Shown here: one piece after another, positions 9,621 to 19,669 of the stretch | Layout of the letters: each line of letters begins with the position of its first letter | How positions within the stretch are numbered: position 1 is the stretch's first letter | Source: an uncultured Verrucomicrobiae bacterium | GTDB lineage: Bacteria; Verrucomicrobiota; Verrucomicrobiia; Chthoniobacterales; JAFAMB01 | NCBI GenBank assembly: GCA_963837955.1 | Contig: CAWIPH010000001.1 | Location: 32,001-96,000, forward strand | Direction of reading: 5' to 3' | DNA length: 64,000 nt | Notes under the pieces: model-generated | The model's database searches: none | Told to the model about the DNA's origin: nothing | Seen by the model: the letters and a program-made list of their open reading frames with translations, nothing else | Translations under genes and position numbers: made by a program

Positions 9621-11723
9621 TCATTTCCCCTGCGATTCGCTCATCGCTCGAATGGCTTCTTTATAGACTTTGGCACCTTCCGTCGGGTTCCGGACCAGCG
9701 CCGGATCTGTGTCCAAATCGATGTGGTATAAACCGAAATCACTATTCGCATCGAATTTAAGGCCCCACTCTCGATTGGAAGTAATGCTCCAACAGATGTA
9801 CGCGCGGACAGGAATATCCAAATCTCGAGCCTGCTTTACCTGGTCCAGATGAGAGCGCAAATATTGTGATCGAGTAAATCCATCGGCTGACTCGATGCAC
9901 CCATTCTCAATGATGAGGATCTCCTTTCCTGGAAACCAGCGGTGAAATCGCCGCAACACTCGCAGCAAACCGGGTGGATCCACTGGAGCGCCAAAGAAAT
10001 CACTTAAGGATGCATCAATCAGTTGATGCATCCGACGCACTTCAAGCGTGCTAATGCCCCAGTAGTAGTCTAATCCCACGAAATCCTGCGTATCGACACA
10101 TTCGGCTGGACACAAAAATTCCGGCAGTTTGCCCGTCATCCCCAAATGCCACCAATTGCTGTTTACGACCGTACCGATAACGGTCAACGGCTTGAGTAAT
10201 GGTTCGAGAAATCGCGCCGGAGTCGAAAGGGAATCTACCCGCTCATCAAAGTTGAGTTTCTCAAAGCGAACATTCCCAGGATCCCCGAAGAGCCGGGTTG
10301 CGAGTTTTGCCCCCAGATCGAGTTCCTGTTGGCTTAGATCATCTGGGGGACCCGCACTGGGATCGTGAATCACGCCAACCCGGAGATAACCACGATTGCG
10401 AATACGCCTAACTAATGCGCTTCCGGTCGGATGTTCGATCGAGGGTGTGGGTTCATTCCTTAGCACTGCATTGACGATGTTCAGAAGATCAGGATTGCCT
10501 CGAGCGACACCAATCGCATACGAGGACCGAGCGATAGGATCGCCTCGCATCTCCAAATTCGGAAAATCTGACAAGCTGGGAACACAGGTATCGTCACCGA
10601 TGAATCCTTCGATCTGTCCGGCAGCTAGCGCTTCCAGGCCGAGGCGATGGTTTTCGAAAGTCTCGATGTTTGCTGCGGGAGCGACTGTCAACACGTTTTG
10701 ACGGGCAGTCGTTCCGCGCACAACTCCCACGACTTTCCCGTTTAGTTCTTCGGGACCGTTGATCTTGCTCTCTTTTCGTACCACCAATCGCTGGGCTCCT
10801 TCCGCATACACCTCGGAAAAATCGACTCGGCGAAGTCGCTCCAGAGTCGGCGTAAAACGCGCTATGACCACATCGACCGGCGTACGAGCCAGCACGGCCT
10901 GTTCCGATATGTGTCGAGTTGTTCGGAGGAAGGAAGACTTGTCTCGCATGCGCGTGGCTAGCCAATCGATGAAATACTGAAGCAAGACCGGCATTCCCAG
11001 AACGAACGGATTCACTCCGACTTTCGCTTGCGGATTCTTGTTCTGAATGATTTCGCGCGCCGATCGATGACTCAGGAAAATGTTTCGAATTAGTTGCACC
11101 GAGCTTTCGAGTTGGCCGGCCAGACTGGTGCCGATTGCCATGCCAGGCGGTACGAGAAATGCCGGTTGCCACCATGGCTTCACATATCCGTAAACCAAGA
11201 GGTTTGGTTCATTGAAGGTGATCCAATACTGCACGAGATCGCCAAGGGCTTTGGCTACTTGCGTTACATATGCCGCATACCAATAAGGAAAATCCGCGGT
11301 CGTCATCCCGCCTCGTTCCTCCACGTGAATCGGCCAAGTGAAGTGGTGCAGCGTCACCAGCGGCATCATTCCCGCCGCGCAGATCTCGGTCGCGACGGCC
11401 CGATAATGTTCCAGCACCGACTGGTCCCATACCCCCGGCTTCGGTTCAACGCGCGACCAGGCGATCGAAAATCGAAAAAGCCGGCACCCGAGATCGCGGG
11501 CGAGCTTGACATCTTCTGGGTAACGGTTCCAAAAATCGGTCGCTTTGCCTCGAGCTGTTTGCTTTTGCTGTTGCTCCCAAATGTCGCGATAGTCTGGTCG
11601 TTCAGGGTCAAAGCTCTCAGATTGATGATCTGATGTTGCAACACCAAACAAAAGTTCCGGAAGTTCCACGAAAAATGTACGATGTAGGCTCACGAGAAAA
11701 TCCAGCACCTCTGCGCGGAGCAT
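9621..11723 (-). CDS. GH1 glycoside hydrolase with an inserted family-3 solute-binding-like domain
   Basis: FGVATSDHQ, FRFSIAWSRVEP, TLHHF, TFNEP (acid/base), DFVGLDYY, IIENG (nucleophile) and FGLYHID; insert at about aa 282-500. Confidence 0.88.
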   Translation of the reverse strand: MLRAEVLDFLVSLHRTFFVELPELLFGVATSDHQSESFDPERPDYRDIWEQQQKQTARGKATDFWNRYPEDVKLARDLGCRLFRFSIAWSRVEPKPGVWDQSVLEHYRAVATEICAAGMMPLVTLHHFTWPIHVEERGGMTTADFPYWYAAYVTQVAKALGDLVQYWITFNEPNLLVYGYVKPWWQPAFLVPPGMAIGTSLAGQLESSVQLIRNIFLSHRSAREIIQNKNPQAKVGVNPFVLGMPVLLQYFIDWLATRMRDKSSFLRTTRHISEQAVLARTPVDVVIARFTPTLERLRRVDFSEVYAEGAQRLVVRKESKINGPEELNGKVVGVVRGTTARQNVLTVAPAANIETFENHRLGLEALAAGQIEGFIGDDTCVPSLSDFPNLEMRGDPIARSSYAIGVARGNPDLLNIVNAVLRNEPTPSIEHPTGSALVRRIRNRGYLRVGVIHDPSAGPPDDLSQQELDLGAKLATRLFGDPGNVRFEKLNFDERVDSLSTPARFLEPLLKPLTVIGTVVNSNWWHLGMTGKLPEFLCPAECVDTQDFVGLDYYWGISTLEVRRMHQLIDASLSDFFGAPVDPPGLLRVLRRFHRWFPGKEILIIENGCIESADGFTRSQYLRSHLDQVKQARDLDIPVRAYICWSITSNREWGLKFDANSDFGLYHIDLDTDPALVRNPTEGAKVYKEAIRAMSESQGK

Positions 11724-11842
11724 CTGCGATTCTCGTTTGGCCGAGACTGTACGCGCTTCTAAAATCTAAGCAACGAATCCATCTAGCCCAATAGCCAGAA
11801 ATCGAATATGTGATGGCTAATTTGCGTCACAATTAATTGTAG

Positions 11843-12097
11843 ATGAAAATCTTCCTCTTGGCCATAATGCTGTTAGGCGCCGGATTGTCCGGTACCGCAT
11901 TGTGCGCGCCGCCCCCAAACTCTCCCCCTAGATCCGTTGTCGTCCCGCATCCCCATTTTCCTCATCTGAATTTCCCGCATCCCAATTATAATTGGGATCG
12001 CGGTTACTGGAAAGTCCATCGCTACGGATGGTGGCATCACCATCGCGGATACTGGACGGTCCAGCATGGCCAGCACATTTTCGTTAGTAGCGACTAA
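11843..12097 (+). CDS. Small secreted Pro/His/Trp-rich protein
   Basis: Signal peptide, PHPHFPHLNFPHP and two RGYW motifs. Confidence 0.7.
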   Translation: MKIFLLAIMLLGAGLSGTALCAPPPNSPPRSVVVPHPHFPHLNFPHPNYNWDRGYWKVHRYGWWHHHRGYWTVQHGQHIFVSSD

Positions 12098-12225
12098 CAG
12101 ATTCGATTTCGGGGCTTACCGACAGGTTTCACCTCGGCGCAAGAGTACACGCCGTCTTCTCAAGATCGGATTTTAGTGCGTCGAGTCATAAGTGACGCAT
12201 ACCGGCCGGCAGCTGCCGCACTCAG

Positions 12226-12354
12226 CGCGGGGAGGGATCGCGTCCCCGCGATCCGTCGCGGCCGGAGCCAAGCGCGTTTGGATACCAAGAGCTAAATTGC
12301 GTCCCGAGGTTAGAGATGTCATCGCGGCGCGCGGGGACGCGCGCCCTCCCCGCG
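12226..12354. repeat. REP doublet of the GGGAGGG family
   Basis: CGCGGGGAGGGATCGCGTCCCCGCGATCC ... GCGCGCGGGGACGCGCGCCCTCCCCGCG; related copies at 28828 and 56407. Confidence 0.75.
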
Positions 12355-12443
12355 TTGGAGCACGAGAGCCAAACAACGCAGCAGCTTGCAGCCTATGGCC
12401 ACAGGAAGAGCCGGATAGGGGTCAGGCGGGCTGGGGCCGGCGC

Positions 12444-13208
12444 TCATTCGATCTCGACCAGCGTACCGATCGGTGTTTGATCGAAGATCGCTTTAGCAAC
12501 ATCCTCTTTGGCTACTCGGATGCAGCCGTGGCTAGCTGGTCGGCCCGGATTATAACCTTCGTGAATGCCGTACTCGCTAAACGAAAGCCTGAGAAAGTAA
12601 GGCATCGAAACTTTGTAGATTGACGATTTCCGTGCCCGCTCTTTATCCGTAACTAGATATCGTCCAGGTGGGGTATCGAAGCCTGGTTTTCCAGTGGAGA
12701 TTTTTCCCTCCACTAATGGCAACCCATCTTTGAACAAGGTAACTGACTGAGGCGTGAGTTTTATTTGGATATTGAAATGACTCGCTTGCGGATCAGAGTC
12801 GATCAATGTTCGCGCTAATTCTGGGAAGCCGCACCTAGCAGCGTATTGAGCCGGGACCCATCCCCAGGCGGACGCGCGAAAACGCTCTGCTCCTCGTTCA
12901 ACCAACGCGGAGCAAAGCTCTGTTTCACCGAGTGCGGCCGCAACAATCAACGGTGTCGCCTTGGTCTCTTCTCGAAAGTAATGGTCAAGCCGAGAGCTGA
13001 TTTTTGCCAGAGCTATCAACTGTTCCGAAGTGATCGCGAACGGGCCGTTCAGGTTCGCGTGAGCGTCGATCGCAACAAGCAATTCCTGGGGATCATTGGT
13101 TAAAACAGCGTGGGCCAGCTGGTTCTGGCGGAAGGCTGCTGCCTGGCGAGTTATTTCCGGACTTGAGCTATGTAAAAAGAGGCAAAAAACTATGAGTGAC
13201 GGCGACAT
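12444..13208 (-). CDS. L,D-transpeptidase (YkuD) family protein with N-terminal ankyrin-like repeats
   Basis: ISTGKPGFDTPPGRY and GIHEG...ASHGCIRV; ankyrin-like TPLIVAAALGETELCSALVERGA. Confidence 0.85.
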   Translation of the reverse strand: MSPSLIVFCLFLHSSSPEITRQAAAFRQNQLAHAVLTNDPQELLVAIDAHANLNGPFAITSEQLIALAKISSRLDHYFREETKATPLIVAAALGETELCSALVERGAERFRASAWGWVPAQYAARCGFPELARTLIDSDPQASHFNIQIKLTPQSVTLFKDGLPLVEGKISTGKPGFDTPPGRYLVTDKERARKSSIYKVSMPYFLRLSFSEYGIHEGYNPGRPASHGCIRVAKEDVAKAIFDQTPIGTLVEIE

Positions 13209-13555
13209 AATCTAGCGGCACGAATGCCAGCACTCGATCGGTTCAAGGCGCCAAAAAACAGGCTTAGTTGAAAAACAAGTCTTCCTTGGTATGCCGAGCT
13301 CCGGCTTCCTGGTAAATTGAGCAGAGCAATACTCCGTTGGGGCCGCGCAGCTCTGCGCAACACCGGTCGACACTCCCTCTCTGTATGCATTTTTGGTAAA
13401 GCTATTTGCGTCTACTTCTGGGAGGAGTCGTTATCTAATCATTTTCGAAATCTGATTGCAATCTCTGTCCTCAACTCCTAGTGGATGTTTACACAGCGTT
13501 TGCTTGCAGCTTTTTTTAAAAACAACGATGCTCGAGTAGTCTTTTCAAGTGTGGG

Positions 13556-14242
13556 ATGAAGGCTTTGGCAAAGCTTCTGTTGGTTGTTCTTGGCTTGGTC
13601 GGTTCCGGGCAAGCTCAGGAGTCTTCACCAACACCAAATGGCGTAGATGAGCCCGCCCTGCCAGATTCGAAACTGGAGATACCCCACCCCCCTTCAACCG
13701 GCCTTCTGCCGGTGGCCGGAGCGATACCCAATCCTACTCCGGTAACCAGTCCTACGCTAGGAATCTACTCTCCGATAAAAACGAAGAACCCGGTTGTACC
13801 CACGTCGACGGTTAAGCCTCCTCTCCGCCCCAAGATGCAGAACAAGGCGCAAAAACGCTTCGAAGAGGTCCGATCAATCGCCATGCAAAGCCCTCATGTG
13901 GCCTACCTGCTAAAGCGAGCTAACAAAGCCTCAAGCGGTTCTGCTCGTCGTAGCCTTATGCGCGCCTATTACGCGGCGCTCAATGCTCGAATGCGCAAAT
14001 TGGAACCAGGTCTCAAGAGTTCCATCAAGACCTACGAAATGGAGAAGACTGGAACATCATCCAAGGCGACCGATACCAAGGCCAGCAACTCGAAAAAAGC
14101 GAATACTAAGCAACGGTCGCATAGCAAGAAGGACACTTCCCCGGGAACGCACTCGGCTCGACACAAGCATTCTTACTCTCATCGGGTAACCTACCCGAGT
14201 GATTACGGCCCGTACACTCGTTACGGACCGTACGGCGAATAG
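13556..14242 (+). CDS. Secreted hypothetical protein with Pro-rich N-terminus and basic C-terminus
   Basis: Signal peptide ending GQA; 228-aa ORF; no family recognised. Confidence 0.7.
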   Translation: MKALAKLLLVVLGLVGSGQAQESSPTPNGVDEPALPDSKLEIPHPPSTGLLPVAGAIPNPTPVTSPTLGIYSPIKTKNPVVPTSTVKPPLRPKMQNKAQKRFEEVRSIAMQSPHVAYLLKRANKASSGSARRSLMRAYYAALNARMRKLEPGLKSSIKTYEMEKTGTSSKATDTKASNSKKANTKQRSHSKKDTSPGTHSARHKHSYSHRVTYPSDYGPYTRYGPYGE

Positions 14243-14340
14243 AGGTAAGAACATAGCAGATAGCAAATAGCAAATAGCAAATCGCGTGCAGGCGCCGAGA
14301 GCCGGACTCTAGCGGAGCGGGGGCGAGAGGAATCCCCCAA

Positions 14341-15015
14341 TTATGGTCCGAAAAGCATCACGATGGACCAAACGAGAATCACTAACACGAGCGCGGCGAA
14401 CATCCAACGAAGTCTCGGCAGACCATAATAGAGGCCACACAAGGCTCCGAATATGAGTCCACCAAAATGCGCCGCGTTGGCGACATTCATGATTTTGAAA
14501 TGAGTGAAAGCGACGCAAAGAACTGCCCAGCCAATTAACATGAGCGCGTTCTTTTGCACGAACCAGAGATACAACCGGTTTACGGGGGCAGCGCCCAACA
14601 TAAATCCGAAGACTCCGTAAACCACGCCAGACAAGCCGACTCCAACCGCTCTCTCAAAATAGAGCTGAGAGAAAGAAGCCATCCATGCTACGAGCAGCAG
14701 CAAGATAACGAAACGGATTTTGCCGGCCGTTAGTTCGACAATTTGACCCAGGGCCAAAAACGCCGCGAGATCGAAGAGCAAATGAGGTATCCCTTGGTGA
14801 ACCAGCGTGGTCGAAAACAGGGCCCACCACCCGGATGGCTGATACCTTATCGGCTCGACCAAGCGGAAGTAGGCTCCGGTTTGATCAACGCTGGTCCAAG
14901 CGAACACCAACAGGCAAAGACCAATCACGGTATAAGTGACAATCGGCCGGCCGGGCCGGACCGAAGTAGCCACGGCACTTGCAGAAGTGTTCTCGCCCAC
15001 CGGGATTCCGCTCAT
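14341..15015 (-). CDS. Rhomboid family intramembrane serine protease
   Basis: HLLFD, GLSGVVYG (catalytic Ser) and AHFGG (catalytic His); start placed at MSGIPVG. Confidence 0.88.
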   Translation of the reverse strand: MSGIPVGENTSASAVATSVRPGRPIVTYTVIGLCLLVFAWTSVDQTGAYFRLVEPIRYQPSGWWALFSTTLVHQGIPHLLFDLAAFLALGQIVELTAGKIRFVILLLLVAWMASFSQLYFERAVGVGLSGVVYGVFGFMLGAAPVNRLYLWFVQKNALMLIGWAVLCVAFTHFKIMNVANAAHFGGLIFGALCGLYYGLPRLRWMFAALVLVILVWSIVMLFGP

Positions 15016-15058
15016 AATATCATGACGTAAGAATTGAGTTGTATCGCCTAGACCCACT

Positions 15059-15694
15059 TCATTCGTCAAATGACCCCATCGGACGCGGCGTAGTGCCGGG
15101 CCGGAAAATGTGAATCGCCTCGCAATATCCCGCTTTATCTGGACTGCCATTCGCCCCCGCTCGGAATTCAAACGCAATCCCAGCATCTTGGTCAACCAGC
15201 CCTTCCTTGGGGCTTTTGTCTGAGATCGGCGGTAAATTTTCCGCCCACTCTTTATCTTCACGCGAGTGCGGATAGGTTTTTTTGATCTCCGCGAGGCTGC
15301 TATTCACCGATATTCCTGAAGCGGTTTTGAAGTAGGGTGAAGTGACTCGAATCTGAACAACGACCGTCGGCTTACTTTGATCACCACCGGCTCCGGGACC
15401 TTGAAAAAAGATCTCCAATTCCTCTTGTCGACCGGTGGCTTTGCCGCCCAGGGCGCGACCGGAACGCCAAACTTCGGTCAGCTTTCCACCCATAGCTGCA
15501 TCCTGCTGGGCCGGCTTTCCCAATGCGCGATGAACCGCTGCAAGGTTTGCCCCTACTCGAACCTGTCCGACTCGGACGCCGGGTTCAATGAGCGGGCTGC
15601 CCGAAGAACTCGCTCCGAGACAACTCGAGTATCCGAACAAAGAGCAACCAAGCCCAACTATCGCGGTGAAGCTACGAATAGATCGGATCCGCAT
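15059..15694 (-). CDS. Secreted hypothetical protein
   Basis: N-terminal signal-like segment; IEPGVRVGQVRVG and FKTASGISVNSS; co-oriented with its neighbours. Confidence 0.65.
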   Translation of the reverse strand: MRIRSIRSFTAIVGLGCSLFGYSSCLGASSSGSPLIEPGVRVGQVRVGANLAAVHRALGKPAQQDAAMGGKLTEVWRSGRALGGKATGRQEELEIFFQGPGAGGDQSKPTVVVQIRVTSPYFKTASGISVNSSLAEIKKTYPHSREDKEWAENLPPISDKSPKEGLVDQDAGIAFEFRAGANGSPDKAGYCEAIHIFRPGTTPRPMGSFDE

Positions 15695-15737
15695 GGCTCC
15701 AATCCAGACAGGTGGCAGTCGCTTTACAAGCTCGAAA

Positions 15738-17909
15738 TCAGCAAATCGTGATCACGTCGATCTTGCCGCTTCGCCTGGTTATACCCACGCTGACCGCATC
15801 ATGATCTCGCGTAAGCACGAGGTCGACCGTTCCATCCACGACCGCAAGATTATGCAGATGCACCTCTTCCATTGTTTCCGGCAATGTCGGATAATGAAAG
15901 GTGATTCGCGCGTGTTCGGCAGAGATGTGCAAACCGAGACAACTCCGCAAAACCAGGAATACCGATCCGGCTGCCCAAGCTTGAGGCGAGCAAGCGACCG
16001 GATAAAGTGTTGGCGCTTTGCGCGGCCGGCGCGAGAAACCGCAGAAGAGTTCAGGCAAGCGACGATCTTCGAAAACTATCGACGCATCGAAAAGTCCCGA
16101 GAGAATGCGGCGGGCGAGATCTTTCTTCTCGTGTTGAGCAAGACCCCACGCGATGAGGGAATTGTCATGCGGCCAGATCGAGCCATTGTGGTAGGACATC
16201 GGGTTGAAATTCTTCTCTGAGCTGGCAATCGTCCGGACTCCCCATCCAGAGAAGAATGCAGGCTTGCTGAGCTCCTCGATAACTCGATCGTCGGATTCTT
16301 TATCACCGATGCCGCTAAATAGACACTGGCCAGAATTGGAGCTGCGCACCGCACACTGGCGTTTTCGGCCGTCGAGAGCCAACGCGTACATCCCAATGGC
16401 ATCACACCAAAACGCGCGCTGAAAGTCGGTCCGCAGCTGGTCCGCTTCCCGTACCAAGTTCTCGGCAATTTCCGACTTTCCCAAGCGCCGGGCGACCATC
16501 GCCATGCCTTTCTTTGCCGCGAAAACGTACGCCTGAACTTCGCAAAGCGCGATTGGACCCCGGGCCAAAGTTCCGTCTGCGTGGAAGACTGAGTCAAACG
16601 AATCCTTCCAGCCTTGTTGCGTCAATCCACGCGATTCGGTGGAGTACTCGACGAAACCATCCCGATCTGGGTCCCCGTAATGATCGATCCAGGTCAGCGC
16701 CATTTCGAGGTGAGGCCAAAGATCTCGCATGAGCGACAGATCGTTCGTCCGATCAAAGTACGCTGTTGCCAGAAAAAGAAAAAGTGGGGTCGCGTCGATG
16801 GTGCCGTAGTATTGTCGAAACGGTACCTCGCCCAGCCTGGCCATCTCGCTCTTGCGGATCTCGTGCACGATCTTACCAGGTTGCGCTTCACTCTGAGCGT
16901 CTTCCGCGGTGGCCTGGGTTTTCGCCAAAAACCGAAGCACGCCTCTTGCGATCTGCGGCTTCAGCCAAAGCGTTTGGAAGGCGGTGATGATTCCGTCCCG
17001 ACCAAATACCGTGCTGTACCAAGGAACGCCGGCATAAGGATACAAACCTTGATCCGTCTCAGTTGTGAGCATCTGGAGATCGGCTTTCGATCGATTCACC
17101 CAGTCGTTAAATTGCTCGTTATCAGTGTAGATATCGCAGCCGCTAAATACCTCCGCAACGATTCCCTGCTCCATTTCCTCGTGAGCGATCTTAAGCGCCA
17201 ACGGGCGCGGAGCTTCAGTGCTATCGCCACATTCAATCGTGATCGATATGTCGCTGACACCGTTCGGGTCCAATTGCAACACTGAGTAAATTTCCCGGGC
17301 AGCGATCTTGGCTACGGATCCGGATACTCGCAAGGTCGTCGTGCGGACGACCTTATCCAAACCTTCGTAAGGAATCTGAATCCCATCCTCCAACGAGACC
17401 GGCTCCAGTAGTCTCCCTCGTCGAGCGCGGCTCCCTCCTCGCACTTCGAATATGTCGGCGAAATCCGCATCAAACTGGATGCTTAACGTTAGATCGATTG
17501 CCTGTGCCCCATAGTTTTCGATCTGAATCCGTTCGAAACAGCAAGCCTGCCGGAGGAACTTACTGCGATAGATGTGAACTGTTCCGTGCCGGATTAGTTG
17601 ATCTCTACTCCGCATTTCCGGATTGGTGAGATCTACCGCCAACAAGGCATTATCGTCACGAATGGTGGAGCTGAGTAGGAGCGGCCGCTGCCCATTCATT
17701 CGCAGCTCAAAGGTAGAGAGATAACGGGTATCGCAATGAAATAGACCGAACTCACCGGCACCGATCGGCTGAAAGTCACCGGAACGATCGAATACTGCAA
17801 AAGTGTCACCACTCAAGAGTACGCGTCGGCGATCGTCCGTCAGCGATGACCTAGCGCGAATGAAGTACTGGTCATCAACGGTGATGATGTCCTGAACGTC
17901 TATTCTCAT
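15738..17909 (-). CDS. Amylo-alpha-1,6-glucosidase / glycogen debranching-like enzyme
   Basis: AGVPWYSTVFGRDG, QPGKIVHE, YYGTIDATPLF, QGWKDS, SYHNGSIWPHDN, LPELFCG, CSPQAWA. Confidence 0.9.
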   Translation of the reverse strand: MRIDVQDIITVDDQYFIRARSSLTDDRRRVLLSGDTFAVFDRSGDFQPIGAGEFGLFHCDTRYLSTFELRMNGQRPLLLSSTIRDDNALLAVDLTNPEMRSRDQLIRHGTVHIYRSKFLRQACCFERIQIENYGAQAIDLTLSIQFDADFADIFEVRGGSRARRGRLLEPVSLEDGIQIPYEGLDKVVRTTTLRVSGSVAKIAAREIYSVLQLDPNGVSDISITIECGDSTEAPRPLALKIAHEEMEQGIVAEVFSGCDIYTDNEQFNDWVNRSKADLQMLTTETDQGLYPYAGVPWYSTVFGRDGIITAFQTLWLKPQIARGVLRFLAKTQATAEDAQSEAQPGKIVHEIRKSEMARLGEVPFRQYYGTIDATPLFLFLATAYFDRTNDLSLMRDLWPHLEMALTWIDHYGDPDRDGFVEYSTESRGLTQQGWKDSFDSVFHADGTLARGPIALCEVQAYVFAAKKGMAMVARRLGKSEIAENLVREADQLRTDFQRAFWCDAIGMYALALDGRKRQCAVRSSNSGQCLFSGIGDKESDDRVIEELSKPAFFSGWGVRTIASSEKNFNPMSYHNGSIWPHDNSLIAWGLAQHEKKDLARRILSGLFDASIVFEDRRLPELFCGFSRRPRKAPTLYPVACSPQAWAAGSVFLVLRSCLGLHISAEHARITFHYPTLPETMEEVHLHNLAVVDGTVDLVLTRDHDAVSVGITRRSGKIDVITIC

Positions 17910-17918
17910 CGATGGTAG

Positions 17919-18986
17919 TCAGGCTGCTCTTGGGGAAAAACGGATATTATCTTCGTGCTTCTCTTGGGCGAGCCTTTGATAGATGGCTAAGTAACCTGAT
18001 GCCATTCGCTGAGAAGTAAACCGTTGCTCGAAAATTTGCCGACAACGCTGGCGCTGGATTGAGTCTAAATTGCGCAAAGCAACGATAGCTTCTTCGACTG
18101 AATTGACGATGAATCCGTTTTGTCCCGGTTCCACAATCTCGGGAACCGAACCGCGCCCATAAGCGATCACCGGTGTTCCACAGGCCATTGCTTCGATCAT
18201 AGTTAGGCCGAACGGTTCTGGCCAATCAACGGGAAAGAGTAGCGCTCGCGCGTTTCCCAGCAGTTCATTCTTTTGTTGATCGTTAATCTCGCCGATAAAT
18301 TCAATGAGCGGATGATGAAGCAGTCGCCTAATTCTTTGATCAAAGTATACTTGATCCACTGCGTCCACTTTCGCCGCAATTTTCAGCGGCATACCAACTC
18401 GTATCGCGATTTCGATGGCGCGGTCCACTCCTTTTTCAGCACAGATCCGACCCAAAAAGACGACGTAGTCCTTCCCCTCAGGATGGTACTGGTACAAATC
18501 CTTCGGAAGTCCGTGGTGTATCGTACCGAGCCAATTTGAGTGAGGGAGCGGCGACTGTTGCGAATGCGACACTGAGCAGAGGCGCATCTCCCAATACTCG
18601 GTAAACAGCGGCTGTAGATCGGGGATATCGAGCCGGCCGTGCAACGTCGTAAGCGCTATCGGCTTAGTCCGGCGGAGGACAGGAAAATGAATGTAATCGA
18701 GGTGAAAATGGAGCACGTCGAATTCGGATGCCTGCGCGAACACCAACTCGAGCATGCGAACGTGGTGGGCTAGCGGGTCGGCCAGCGCGCGACGCTGTAG
18801 TCGCAACGCTTGCTCACAAACGGGAACCAAAACGCCGGAGGTCTGAGAGTCACCTGAAGCGAACAGGGTAACCTCGTGCTCTTGTCGAATCAATTCCTCG
18901 ACCAGGTAAGAGACAACGCGTTCGGTTCCACCGTAATATTTGGGCGGGACACTTTCGTAGAGCGGCGCGATCTGAGCAATCTTCAT
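17919..18986 (-). CDS. Glycosyltransferase family 4
   Basis: MKIAQIAPLYESVPPKYYGGTERVV; WPEPFGLTMIEAMACGTPVI. Confidence 0.92.
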   Translation of the reverse strand: MKIAQIAPLYESVPPKYYGGTERVVSYLVEELIRQEHEVTLFASGDSQTSGVLVPVCEQALRLQRRALADPLAHHVRMLELVFAQASEFDVLHFHLDYIHFPVLRRTKPIALTTLHGRLDIPDLQPLFTEYWEMRLCSVSHSQQSPLPHSNWLGTIHHGLPKDLYQYHPEGKDYVVFLGRICAEKGVDRAIEIAIRVGMPLKIAAKVDAVDQVYFDQRIRRLLHHPLIEFIGEINDQQKNELLGNARALLFPVDWPEPFGLTMIEAMACGTPVIAYGRGSVPEIVEPGQNGFIVNSVEEAIVALRNLDSIQRQRCRQIFEQRFTSQRMASGYLAIYQRLAQEKHEDNIRFSPRAA

Positions 18987-19249
18987 TTCGACTCTAAGGA
19001 ATCGTTTTGCCGCGCCTGATAGGACCTAGCCTGCTCAAAGATCCAACTCGGTCCAGATGCCGTAAGAAACGCTTAGCCTCCATCTGAACAGTCCGGCGCT
19101 CCGAAGTTCAGGTCAATGGAGAAAAGTCAGGGCACATTAGCGCCAAGTGACGGTTCGATCTTAAATCGAACGGCTCACAAAGGGCCCCAAACCTCTTATG
19201 ATCCCCGTGCTCAGCAGGCTTTGAATTTTCCTTTTGGTCGAGACAGCAA

Positions 19250-19613
19250 ATGGCGATACTGAGCCCAATGGGCCTCAAAACTAATGAAATTCTTTCTGCT
19301 TTAGCACCCTACGCAGTCGGCATCTTCTTTTATCTGCTTGTTGCCATTACCTGGGCCATCGCTTTCGTGAAACTTAAACATGTCGGAGCTCTCGTTCTGG
19401 CATTCGCCTCCCTGATTGGATCGATCCTGAGCGCAGCGAGCGCGCGATGTAGGTCGCAATAATAGTAAAGGGCAGCGTCAGCTTATACAATATCTTGGAG
19501 TCCTAAATATCGGTCATACCGCTCTAGTCGCTTGCTTGATGATTGTCGGCGCCTTGCTCATCGCATTTCATCGCCCGGCGAGACAAGAAAAGGGAGCCCA
19601 AGAGTACAGGTAG
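19250..19613 (+). pseudogene. Small membrane protein with an apparent frameshift near 19440
   Basis: Two TM segments in the 19250 frame; a different frame continues DVGRNN...LVACLMIVGALLIAFHRP...EYR to TAG at 19611-19613. Confidence 0.45.
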
Positions 19614-19669
19614 TTTAGAATCCCCGCTTCTTCTTTCCACAGGCTTGTTCCGCGGGCCCTCAGTGAGAT

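Noticed and set aside
15016..15261. Long N-terminal extensions in the ORF track (rhomboid, GtrII, upp, MRJP, Cof)
   Set aside because: They overlap neighbouring genes or repeats and precede the family-typical starts; downstream ATGs were used instead.
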